A stretch of 64,000 bases of DNA, taken from the NCBI GenBank assembly GCA_009103225.1, contig RHPI01003156.1, positions 678,159 through 742,158 on the forward strand, read 5' to 3'. Below the pieces are notes generated by a model. The model had not been told where the DNA came from, searched no databases, and saw only the letters and a list, made by a program, of their open reading frames with translations. The position numbers and the translations under genes were made by a program. Source of the stretch: Chlorokybus atmophyticus. Lineage: Eukaryota; Plantae; Mesostigma and Chlorokybus algae. Positions 38,371 through 50,687 of the stretch are shown here, one piece after another. How positions within the stretch are numbered: position 1 is the stretch's first letter; every line of letters begins with the position of its first letter.

Positions 38371-41300
38371 ATGAGCTACGTGGAGCTGCTGACCACATGC
38401 GCCTTGGCTGGAGCGGTGCTGGTTGCTGTCGTTGCACTTGCACGCCGGCAGGTAAGGCTTTGGCATTGTGTGTGCGGTTTGCCCGTCGCTTTTCGGCGCT
38501 AAAGATGGCTTTGCTTGCTTGCTTGCTTGCGTCGTACGTTGTGTGAACAAACATCCACATAGTTGTGACGCGGTCTGTGCTGTGTCACGTCTTTTCCCAT
38601 TCGCATACATCTTAGGCTGTATAGATTCTGCACACACTGCTTCATGAACATGTATTCTTGTGGTTGCCTACACTGATTGGACTTCCAATTCATGTTCAAT
38701 CTCGATCCATGAGCTGATGTTGTCATGCATGAATGCATGCGCTTGTTTGTGCATATCACATACAATTGCTTGCATGCCAAAGCCGTATTACATGTAGTGG
38801 CCATCATCTAGTATCTAGGATCTCCTCACCATGAGGTGTGGAATTGTCAGGATACCTCAATACTCTCGGCTTGTTGATTGGCATGGTTTGAAGAGTACTT
38901 ACTGTTGCCTGGTGTCATGTCAACCATCTGACTTGTTGGGTTCGTTGCTCTCGGTAGTTGGCGAGGCACAGATCCTCCTATGAAGCTGCAGTTGAAGCCG
39001 AGCGCCAGCTGTCTGCGCGGTCCAAGCTGCCGCCCGCCCCGCACAAGTGGTATAAGGAGAATGGCTGGAGCCGGCTCCCCGTCACGCGGTGTTGTGTGTG
39101 TTTGGATATGTTGTTCCAGGCAAGTTCAATACATGGCTTGCTAACCACTGTCTGTAAACTTGCTTATGCGAAGTTCACAAAAAAATCTTCCCAAACAGTT
39201 TGTGTGCAGAACCTTCCCAAAGGACAACAAGTTCTTCTCTGATGCTATGCAATGCATTCACAGCTGCTGTAGCAAGGTGCAATGAGTCAACATTGTGTTC
39301 ATGTGCAGCCGGCTGACGCCAAATGCTGCGAGATCTGCGGTGTGGCCGCCCATCGCTGGTGTGTGCGAAAGGCATTGCCGGACTGCAAGCTCGTAGCCAT
39401 AGCTGCGGTCACCACCGACATGCAACACCATTGGGTGGAAGGCTCGACTGACTTGGAGGACGCACCCGAAACTGAACCTGTTTGCACTCATTGCAAAGAG
39501 CCTTGCGGTGAGCCGAATACAGAGATTGCGTATACTACGGTAACCTACAAGCTGCTGTGGCCTCGCCTTATATTGTTGTGTCACACAGCAGGCTCGGGTT
39601 TGTTGGCTCAGCAGCCGTTGTGGCGTTGTGTTTGGTGTCACAATATGGTGCATGTGGAGTGTCATGCTGCTTCTCTGAAAGCTGGCATTCATCCGGATGA
39701 TCTGTGCGATCTCGGCCCGTTCAGAAGGCTGATCCTCCCGCCCACGTGCGTACACGACTTCACGACTTCCGCATCCCAGGAACAAAAAGGCTATAACCGT
39801 AGCATGTCTCTCAAACGTGTCGTGAGCTCCATTGCTCAAGGTGCATGTAGGCCGACAACCCTGTTGTGCCATGCATCCGGCAGCCGCAGTTGCCAGTGTT
39901 GTTTGCTGACACATATGACTTAACAGGAGCCAACAAGATGGCACACTCTGCACACAATGCTGTTGGTTCATTTAAACATCGTGCGAACAAGGCCGGTGCT
40001 GATGGCCACCAGCAGTCTTCCTCAAATGCACAGACGAGCTCAGAAGACACACCCGCGGAGCCTCCCGCATCCAGCAGCAGCAAGCAAAACCTCCCTTCCT
40101 TTGCGGCCAACACAACAACCGAGAACAACGGGTCCCCAACTGTGCCGAGCACCACGCCAGACGCGACACACATGCCGCACTGTATACCCAAGCACGCCAT
40201 TCAGAGCAAGTACGCCATATCAAGCCTTCCCACTGACACGCGGCCCCTCCTGGTGTTCATCAACAAGCGCAGTGGTGCTCAGGAGGGTGCCACGCTTAGA
40301 CGCCGACTTGCACGCTTATTGAACCCGTTGCAGGTCCGGTTCACAATATGTGCATATGACTTGGTGTCGGCATCAGCGTGTGTTGTCGTTGACGTTGTGC
40401 TGCTCTGTTCAGGTCTTTGAGCTGTCCAGTGAACAAGGACCAGAGGTTGGGCTTGCCCTCTTTGCAAATGTAACTCACTTTCAAGTGGTTATTGCTGGTG
40501 GAGATGGCTCAGTAAGGTATGCATATACCAGATAGCTGCTGTTGTGATTGTGTTCTAGACTTTTATCGTTAATTGCTGATGCATAGTGCTTGGACAGCTG
40601 GGTGTTGAATGCGATCGAGCAGTGCAAGTATGAAAATCCTCCTCCTGTTGCCATTCTTCCGCTGGGTACTGGTAATGACCTGGCGCGTGTTCTGAACTGG
40701 GGAGCTGGTTTCTCACGTGACATCAGTCTCGGGCACATCTTGAAGGACATCGAGCACGCTTCCGTGGTGCTACTTGATCGGTGGGAGATGGTCATAACCG
40801 AGGGCAAGGCTAGCGCAAAGCCTGAGCGAAAGGTCATGAACAACTATGTTGGCATCGGTGTTGACGCAAAGGTACAGTACCATGTGATGCATGAAGTGGT
40901 AGCTTGGTAGCTTATCTGAGTGGCTCTCTGCAGGTGGCCCTTGAAGTTCATAACTCCAGAGAAGCGCAGCCCCACTGGTTTTACAACCAGATGGTGAACA
41001 AGCTGTTTTATGCTGCAGAGGGTGCCAAGAACATCATTGACGGTCCTTGCCACCTTCCGCAAATACTACAGGTGACTTGATTGTATAGACTGGTGCGCAT
41101 TGTGTTCACCATCACATGCTGCAGTGCTAAGCTCAGCTGCTGCAGTTACAATGTGATGGGAAGGAGTTGCCAATCCCGGACGGGATCGAAGGTGTAATGG
41201 TGGTGAACATCGGGAGCTACATGGGCGGTGTTGACCTATGGAACAAACCAGGACCAGATGAGAGCGATGAGTACTCGCCTCAATCCATGAACGACGGCAT

Positions 41301-41668
41301 ACTGGAGGTGGTGGGCGTCACTGGCTCATGGCACCTTGGCACGCTGCAGGTGCCTTGACCTTTCTCTCTTGATGTTGTTTCAGTAGGTCAATTGTTTGCT
41401 TTGAGCAAGTTGTTGATATGCTTTTCGCACTATCGCCGGACGTACACGTAGTTGGATAACACCAGGTTGCTATGTATTGCAGGTTGGGTTGGCGCGTGCT
41501 TTGCGGTTGCGACAGTGCCGGTCAGTAAAGTTCACCACAACCAACAAGCTTCCCATGCAAGTGGATGGCGAACCCTGGATGCAAGGGCCTTGCACGATAG
41601 AGGTAAGTCTTCACGGACAGGCCAACATGCTGCGGGGATCGCACGGAGAGCTCGTGGGTATGCAGTAG
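38371..41668 (+). CDS. DGK: Diacylglycerol kinase, plant DGK1/2 type (N-terminal TM segment, two C1 domains, catalytic and accessory domains), paralogue A, lacking the conserved C-terminal tail
   Basis: [27 protein letters not shown]; C1 Cys/His motifs; [15 protein letters not shown]; AGGDGSV; [16 protein letters not shown]; [11 protein letters not shown]; [10 protein letters not shown]; DGILEVVG; [13 protein letters not shown]; stop at ...GELVGMQ*. Confidence 0.92.
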
Positions 41669-43672
41669 GCCTGAGGGACAGCAAAGATTGCGGCCTCTTG
41701 TGTAAGCGATGAGGTTGCGCTGACACCAACCTCGCTCAACAGTTGGCTCGATAGCAAGCAGCTATTGATCTCTCGTGATGTGCTCAACAGCCGCGGGGGG
41801 CTACCATGCATGTCTCCATTGACGTTGAACAAGCAACCACTGTGGTGCTGGCGCCCGCATAAAAACGCGTCCAGCCAGTATTCGCTGCAGTGGCTGCCAT
41901 AGACACCTCACTGCAATGCAAACACCTGTAGCGGTTGTGGTCTTGTCCATGCAGCTTTCTGGCTCAGAGCAGACAATCGCCTTCTTGAGGAGCCGCGGTT
42001 GCGACAGTCAATGCAAACTGTTATGATAGGCCAAGTTAAGGACATAAAGCGTGATGATGGAATTGATGTAAAGTGGTTGTGGTGCGTGCATGGCAACTGG
42101 TGGTTAGCAACTGGCTAGTGCCTTGGAGTGGTTGTGCGCATGTATGCTTGTTGCGTTATGAAAGTGCTCAATTCATGTGTAAGCATGGTTTGAAGAACAT
42201 GGTTGCTGCTGGTGTTGGCTTATATGTGCATGCGCACATGTGTTTCCACATGCTCTCACCATGCACAGCTTCACACTCATGGCACTCCATGAGTGTGGTG
42301 CTTCACATCTATGTACATATTGCCAGGCCATGTGCCCTAGGCAATTTTGATTATCTGCATGGCCCTCAAGCACTATTACAGATAGTCCTAGTACCTGTGC
42401 AGTAGCGCTATGCGTTGGCCAAGAGTAGCAGCACCAGAGTAGGCACCATGCAACCCAACAGTGTGAGCGAGCTTGCACACGCTTGCTTGTATAGATCTGA
42501 AAAGCTTATTTCGGGGCCAGTTAGCAGGTGGTAGTAGGAGGTGGTAGTGCAATGCTATGCTATGCACTGCCAGTGCACAACAACAACCACACAGCAGCCA
42601 CAACCACACACGCACACACGCACAGCAGGTGACAGGCGGCAGGCACAAAGACGTTAAGTAGAAGACACCAGGGGCAGGGGGCCTAGGCTAGCTAAACGAG
42701 TGCAAGCAAGCAATGGTAGCAGGACAAGGCAGTAGAGGATAGCAGCGTGTGTACCTGCGCAGCCCCAGAGGCTTGTCAGCGACCGCCACAACCATGCGCT
42801 AGCCCAGGCCCCCTGCTTGTATGTAGCGTTGCCCTATGCTTTGTGCAGTATTGGCAGATTCGCAGCCTTTGTAGCTCTCCCTCGCGCAGGACTATGACTA
42901 TGACATCAGTTGAATGCCGACAAAATTGTTCTCTCCATTTGGCCGCCAGATCGTACTGAGGAACACCTCACCACCTCGCGGAATGCATGCAGGCGTGTAG
43001 GCGTATTGCACTGTAATGCCATTTGCAACATAACACCAAACGATGCATTGCATAGTGCCTTGCAATTGACTTGCTGAGCACATTTTCGGCGGAACCAGCA
43101 GTAGCAGCATTGACGCTGGCATCTTACAACCCTAACAGAACTAGCAGCTGCAACACAACCACAATACATTGTATACACTACTACCGGTACTACTCGAGTT
43201 CCCAGCCACGGGACTGCAAGCCCGCGTAGAAGCACAACACATGTTGTACAACCTACTGTACAACAACAGCAGCCGCACCTACAGCAGCAGTAGCAAACCC
43301 GGCGACACTGGACAAGGCATGGTTGGCAATAGCACACACGCACACACGCAACGAGCAGTTGCAACCGCCCCTCTTCATGTCGGCCTGGGTCTCTCCTTTG
43401 ACGACCCCGCTAGTCCGCAGCGCCTAAGACACCTCGGCTTAGCTGTAAGGAAGACTCGATCAAGCACATTACAACAGCCAAAAGCAAATACAAACCCAAC
43501 AACTACCCGTTTTTTTCCATCTGTACTTGATGGGGACTCGCACGACAGACGCCATGCATCAAAGCGCGCAAGTGCACGCGCTCCAATTTATCTTTATAAA
43601 GTATGATGTCATGATTGGCTGATTGGTTAGCTTGGGCACACAATAGACTACCTGGTATAGATGTCCATAAGC

Positions 43673-43890
43673 CTGCAATCAGCAAACTAGTGAGTTGGTT
43701 TGCGCTTGCGGCAATGTGCGCGTGCGTGCGCATGCGTGTGCGTGCACTCTTACATACACATACACGCGTGTTTATGTGCTGCAATTAGCAAACTAGTGAG
43801 TTTGCGCGCAGGGCGATGTGCGTGTGCGTGCGCATGCGTGTGCGTGCGCACTCTTACATACACATACACATACACGCGTGTTTGTGTGTG
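43673..43890. repeat. Tandem repeat, 2 copies of ~106 bp
   Basis: ctgcaat(c/t)agcaaactagtgagtt...cactcttacatacacatacacgcgtgttt starts at ~43673 and ~43779. Confidence 0.88.
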
Positions 43891-43929
43891 TAAGGGAGAA
43901 GGAGGAAAAGGGGGAGGGGGAGGGGGGGG

Positions 43930-44700
43930 CACTTACTTCTCTGCACAATCATGGATTTGACTCCGGTTTGGCCCAAAGGGAAGCCAGTGAGTGCTCTGGT
44001 GTAGGCATTGCTTGAAGTGAGGGCATCCGGGATCTGCGAATCTAGCAGTGTAGTGTACAATCGCCTCCTTGTAGCCTCCGTGATGCTACGTGTTGTCAAG
44101 AAGAGCGCCTTCCTCATCCGGTCTTTACAATGCTAACAACATGACATAAACATTGACAATAACAAGCAACATTACATGCAATCCACGCACAAGACCTTCA
44201 CCTCCAGTACAACCCTACTTTGAACTTTAAGACACGCCACCTTGTAGTCATTGCACGTACTTTCCAACTTCACCTTTTCAGCCAGATGTACTTGGAATTG
44301 CTTGTTTGAGGTCGAATACTTCGTCCAAGCCTTGTCTGCTGAGCTTTGCAGTTGCGATGCTTGGTGGCACGTGGCTCTCTCATGTTTGGGTATGTGGCAC
44401 TAAATGGAGACGCGCTCGCATGGCAATGAGCATCGTCTCGAATGTGTCAGTGCTGTGGGTGCTATGCAATGCAATGTTAACGAAGTCATGACCAAGGTCC
44501 TCCTCATACCTTTCCTACGACCAAAGACAAACTCAGACTATGATAGACTATCATGATGTAATTATGCGACAAAATCAACAACTGCAACAATTGATTCATA
44601 TTCGCGGATGCGGCAATGAGCCTGGTGAGCTGGCACAACAGCTGCAAGGCGGCCTTCATGCTCCTTCGACAGCTAGCAGCAACAAAGCTGAGGCGAGATG
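43930..44700 (-). CDS. Possible hypothetical gene or gene remnant between the two DGKs
   Basis: Several protein-like open segments separated by intron-like DNA: SKEHEGRLAAVVPAHQAHCRIRE; RYEEDLGHDF; DKAWTKYSTSNKQFQVHLAEKVKLESTCNDYKVACLKVQSRVVLEVK; RMRKALFLTTRSITEATRRRLYTTLLDSQIPD...TGVKSMIVQR. No family recognised. Confidence 0.3.
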
Positions 44701-46385
44701 GTGAATATTAAACATAGACACGGAAGAGGCAGCAAAGCATGGCAGTAGGCCTACCTCCACCACGGCCGCCGCTAGAACCTTAATTGAAGCTGCAGAGGAC
44801 GGCTTCCAGGACGGCTACCCGCAATAATTCGTCAAAAATCTACGATTTACAAGCTGTAATTATTGATTGGTGTTGACGAATTACCCGTAGTGCAAAACCC
44901 GCGCAGATTTATGTGATAGGCTTAAACTTAGGCGGGTTATTGGGCCCCAACAGGATCGACAGCTTTTGGACAGGCTGTTGATGTCAGCCCATGGCTTTCA
45001 AAGTCGACACAATGCCAATGGCAATGGCATTATGCCAAACCTATAACTTATGCATTATGACCGGTAATTCTTAATCACATACGGCTTATATATACAAGTC
45101 AGAACATTCAGCTATATCTATATTGGATGATGAATGACACATCATAGCGTCGACTTTGATGGCATGCTCAACCCTGCTTGTCACATCATGTAAACATGCG
45201 TTAATGCGCGGCACATTGACGCATGTTGCATGAACCATGAGCAAAATGTCTAAAATAAAATGTGTAAGGAAAAGGAAACGTACCCATGCAAAGCAATACC
45301 GTAATGCTTCATACTGTGCTTGTAAAAACCTTGGCGGCGCGCGGCTGGTCTACGTGTGGTGCTGGTCGTCCTGCTTATGGTAGGTGCCGGGCCTGACCTC
45401 TCCCTCGATATTCTATGCGCTCCCTTCGCAGGTACACCCTTCTGCTACTCTCCGCCTTGCCTGAATGCTCTATTGAACTCACAAATTCCTGCACTTGGAA
45501 CCAGCCCCCTTACTTGTTGGCATTTGTTTTGTGCAATTTGCTTGTGCTTAAGCTTGAAATGTGATGGCTTCTGCGTGTGCGTGCTATTGACCAACGGCCC
45601 TCTGTTTGCTATATCATTTATTATGTAGATAGTTGCCAAAGTAGTAGTGACGAAATATATCTATATAACTCAGTAGCTGTGACGAAGCATGGCAAATTGT
45701 ACATTGTGTTTTGACTTTTATTTTGCCTTATCGCTTAATGGATTGTTCGCAATAGTATACAACTTGCCCACAACCATACATACAGCGACACATTTCCCCG
45801 CATAATATATATCAACGAACTTTTGCAGATTTTGGTGGTGTAAGTTTATGGCTACTGCGCTGGTGATTACCAAAAATTTGCTATACAATTTGTTTAGAGC
45901 TCTACAACGTCCACTTCCAACATTTGTACTGCAATGATATCTTCACGCATATTGCTTCATGTTTAAAACCATGTTAATGTAAAGAGGCTTACAAGAGTGA
46001 CTGATTCCTTGCACCACAAAGTAGTATTGAAGTGCCTTATAGAACACCAGTAATGGGACCTATTCCACTCATGCAGCACAAAAGCACAGTTGTTCACACA
46101 ATCCGTTCACTCGAGCAGAGGGTCAACCACAAGTGAAACCGATGGCAACAATACAACTTGCAATATTAGGCACCTAGCGGGCTGCTGCACCCGACAAAGC
46201 CACCAGATCACCTACCTGCCTCATAGGTATAAGTTATGTACATATATTATAAAAACATGCTACAATACTAGCAACCCCGTGCGTACAGACAACCCCCCTA
46301 TTACCCCTGTCGACAACACCACTCAAAGCAAAGCCAATCTCAGAAAAGACAACCCCCCACACAGAAACCACCAGTCTGATGACCC

Positions 46386-49300
46386 TCAGTAGAGCTTCCG
46401 GGCCATCTCTGTCAGCAACGCTCTCCTCTGCTGCGCAGTGATGAGGCCGGAGCTCTCTGCGTTATCCAGCACCTCGCCCATGACCGCAGCGGCGTAGCCC
46501 ACGGGCTCTCCGCGCGATCTCCGCAGCATGAAGGCCTGCCCGTGGAGAGTTATCTCTGTTGAGCAAGGACCTTGCATCCACGGCTCTCCGTCCACTTGCA
46601 CCGGAAGCGTGCCAGTTGTGGTAAACTTCACTGAACGGCACTGTCGCAACCGCAATGCGCGCGCCAACCCAACCTGCCCGCAACACATAGCAACCGGTGT
46701 CAACTTAGTCCTAGCAGTTCTGCATATTTGCCTTTAGACAATCAATCAACTGAGTAATATATGTCCAGGTAGCACGCATTCCACCACTTCAAAACGCAAA
46801 CACACACAGGACCGACTAGTGCATCACAGAGGTGAGTCATTTAGGCACCTGCAGCTTGCCGAGGTGCCATGAGCCAGTGACGCCCACAACTTCCAATATA
46901 CCGTCGTGCATAGATTGAGGCGAGTAGTCATCATCCTCATCTGGTCCTGGTCGGTTCCACAGATCTACGCCGCCCATGTAGCTCCCAATGTTGACAACCA
47001 GCACGCCTTCGATCCCAGCCGGGATGGGTAAATGCTCTCCGTCACAATACATCTGCAGTGACTGAGCTTAGCACCATACTGAACAGAGTTGTGCCACATG
47101 AGAGACCTAAGCATGAACGGCCTGCATGAATACTACCATATGGCTGTCTTAGCATGCAAGTAACCTGTAGAAGCCGCGGAAGTTCGCCGCAAGTATGGTC
47201 AATGATGTCCTTGGCACCCTCTGCCGCATACCAGAACTTGTTCACCATCTGGTTGTAAAACTTATCGGGCTGCGCTTCTCTGGAGTTATGAACATCAAGG
47301 GTGACCTACAAAGAACGAGACTCTGGTCAGCTATCATGCTGGCACTTGTCATGCATTACACAATATTGTACCTTGGCATCAACACCAATGCCAACATAAT
47401 TGTTCATCAGCTTGCGCACAGGCTTCGCGTTCGCCTTGGTACCGGTTATGGCCATTGCCCATCGATCGAGTAGCACTACAGAGGCGTGCTCTATGTCCTT
47501 CAAGATGTGCCCAAGACCGACATCGCGTCCAAGAAATGGGGAAAAACCACCTCCCCAGTTGAGCACGCGTGCCAGGTCATTGCCAGTTCCCAGAGGGAGT
47601 ATAGCAACAGGAGGAGGGTTTTCATATCTGCACTGCTCGATTGCATTCACCACCCAGCTGTCAAGCACCACATCAAAGCAACTATAAACAAAAAGCTAGG
47701 AAATTAGTTCAACTAAAGCGGCCTTAACACTTATTGCAGCGGTTACATACCTTACTGAGCCATCACCACCGGCCACAAGCACTCGAAAGTGTGTTACATT
47801 TGCAAAGAGGGCCAGCCCCACCTCTGGTCCTTGTTCACCGGACAGCTCAAAGACCTGAACAGAGCAGCGTAACAGTGAGCAACAACTACACGCAGTGATG
47901 CCCACACAAAGTAACACATGCGCATTGTGTGCCAAACCTGCAATGGGTTCAGGAGGCGAGTAAGGCGGCGCCTTAGCATCGCGCCCTCCTGAGCGCCACT
48001 GCGCTTGTTGATGAACACCAGGAGGGGCCGCGCATCTGCGGGAAGGCGCGATATGGCGTACTTGCTCTGAATGGCGTGCTTCGGTACGCAGTGCGGAGTG
48101 TGCGCGGTCGTGTCCAGCGTGCTGCTTGGTGATGCGTGTGACCCGCCATTCTCGGTTGCGTTGGCCGCAGAAGAAGAGAGGTCCTGCTTGCTGCTGTTGG
48201 CACTTCTGTGGCCCAGACCATTGCTGCCGCTGGATGCGGGAGCTTTGGCAGGCGCATCTAAGCTGATTAGTGAGTTGGAGGAAGATCGCCGGTGGCCTTT
48301 GGCACCCTTCTTCGCACGATGCTTGAATGAGCCAACCGCAGTGTGTGCAGAATGGGCCATTGCATTAGCTCCTGTTACAATGGTATAAGCAAACACACAC
48401 AACGGCAGCAAGTGCTACAACACGCAAGCCGACACGCACCTTGTGCAATGGAGTTCATGACTTGTGATAGAGAAGTACTACCATAGGAGCTTTTTTGTTT
48501 CTGAGACGTGGGAGTTGTGAGGTCATGTACGCATGTGGGCGGGAGGATGAGCCTTCTGAATGGGCCGAGATCGCACGGGTCGTCTAGGCGAATGCCAGAT
48601 CTCAGCGCTGCAGCATGACACTCCACATGCACCATACTTTGGCACCAGACGCAACGCCACAACGGCTGCTGAGCCAAGAAACCCGACCCTGTGGCATGAC
48701 ACAACACCGAAGACTAAGAGAAAGTAGCTGGTTGCTGATGCATACGCAATCTCTGTGTTAGGCTCACCGCAAGGCTCTTGGCAATGCGTGCAAACAGGTT
48801 CTGCTTCAGGTGCGTCCTCCAAGTCAGTTGAACCTTCCACCCAATGGTGTTGCATGTCGGTGGTGACCGCCGCTATGGCCACGCGCTTGCAGTCCGGCAA
48901 CGCCTTTCGCAAACACCAGCGATGGGCGGCCACTCCACATATCTCACAGCATTTGGCTTCAGCCGGCTGCTCATAAACACGATGTTTACTTATTGCAGGT
49001 TGCTGCAAGTCGTGTGCATCATGCAGTGCACAGACGAAACCTTTCATCCTTAACAAACAAAAGGGAAACCCTTCTGGTAAGGATGAGAGGTTGTGACTGA
49101 AAGCTGTTATAGACGTTGTAGCAACCTCTCGAGCAATTGCACCAGAAATGGTTTGCAAACCATGCATTAAACTCACCTGAAACAACATATCCAGGCAAAC
49201 ACAACACCGCGTGACAGGAAGCCGGCGCCAGCTGTTTTCCTCATACCACTTATGCGGGACGGGCGGCAGCTTTGACCGCGCAGACAGGCGACGCTCGGCT

Positions 49301-49928
49301 TCAACTGCAGCTTCATATGAGTATCGATGCTTGGCCAACTAGGAGCAACAAACACAACAGGTCAGGTGTAAAGCAACGTTCTTAACATCAAATATAACAG
49401 CGGACCACAACAAGCACTCATCGCAACATGCAAAGAAACAAACCAAAGGAACATCAGTAAGGTACATTACAGATTTGACAAATCATGCTTCATAGAGATC
49501 TCGAAATGTGTAATGTGGCCACTACATCTGATATGCCTTGCGCGTGACAGCACCTGTATCTGATATGCACGAAGGAGTGCATGCATGTACGACAGCATCA
49601 GCTCGTAGATGCAGAGCTCAAAGTAGTTATTCACTTCCAATAGTTCAGACAAGTACAAGTACACTATCCACTAAGGGACTATGCACCATTGATACGTATG
49701 TGTATGCAGATGGGAAACTCTACCGCCTTGAAACAGCACAAGTTGGATCACAACCAGTTGACGGATATACTCCTTTCACTCGTGCTATTATGACAGCAAA
49801 TACATCAACAGCGCTAACAAGAGATAGGCAAACCCGCACATCAATCGTACCTGCCGGCGTGCAAGTGCGATGACAACAATCAGCACAGCTCCAGCCAAGG
49901 CGCATGTGGCGAGCACCACGTAGCTCAT
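46386..49928 (-). CDS. DGK: Diacylglycerol kinase, plant DGK1/2 type, paralogue B (full C-terminus)
   Basis: Same exon structure and motifs as paralogue A. It ends ...[36 protein letters not shown], matching the plant DGK1 C-terminal tail as recalled. An alternative in-frame upstream ATG lies at 50024. Confidence 0.94.
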
Positions 49929-50687
49929 GGGCAGAGGCACCCCTGGCGGCCGGTAGAGGTCGTGAAGCTTCGCCTGGTAGAGTAGAGACCCTGAGCTGGA
50001 GGCTGCCTCCGCCTCCGGCTGCATGTTGTGTGTGGATGGCACAAGCAAGCGGACTACAGGGAGGAGAGCTAATTGTTACAGACCATTTAGAGCTAGAGTC
50101 AGGCCTGGTCTAGCAAGCGCGGCCTGGCTCGGCCTGGCCTGTGATCCTGCCTGTCCTTGTGAGGGGGCCATAAAGGCCCCAGCAGGTTGAACCGTCACAT
50201 TCACCTGTCGCCAGCAGCCGCAACACCTTCCCTGAACGTTCTAGAGCAAGCGTAAATCTATGCCCTGTACTCTTTTGTGCAAAAGTGTTCCCCCGCCTCT
50301 TCGCCTTGTCAACAAGAACCTCAAGTCCAACGCCAGCACCGCCCCAGTCGCCGCCTCCTCACCCGGACATCAAGCTGTCTCCATATAGTTAAACCAAGTT
50401 AGCTCAACTGCAATGAACAAACCCGATGGCACCACCCCAGCTTCCGATATCGGGTAAAGCGTTTATAACAACGGGTTTTGCCATGACCTGCTGATGATAC
50501 CGGAGCTAAGGTTGCGACCACGGTTAAGGCTTGCACTTCAATTGCTGCGGTTTAACCGGTTTAGTGTAGCCTGCTTGTTCGAAACTGTGGTGAGCGGCGG
50601 CAGTGGTGGCGAGGTTGGCGTTGTCCTTGTTCTTTCGAGCCATACTTGGGTTGTAGAACTGCTTCTACAGACGAGGCGTCAGGCAAC

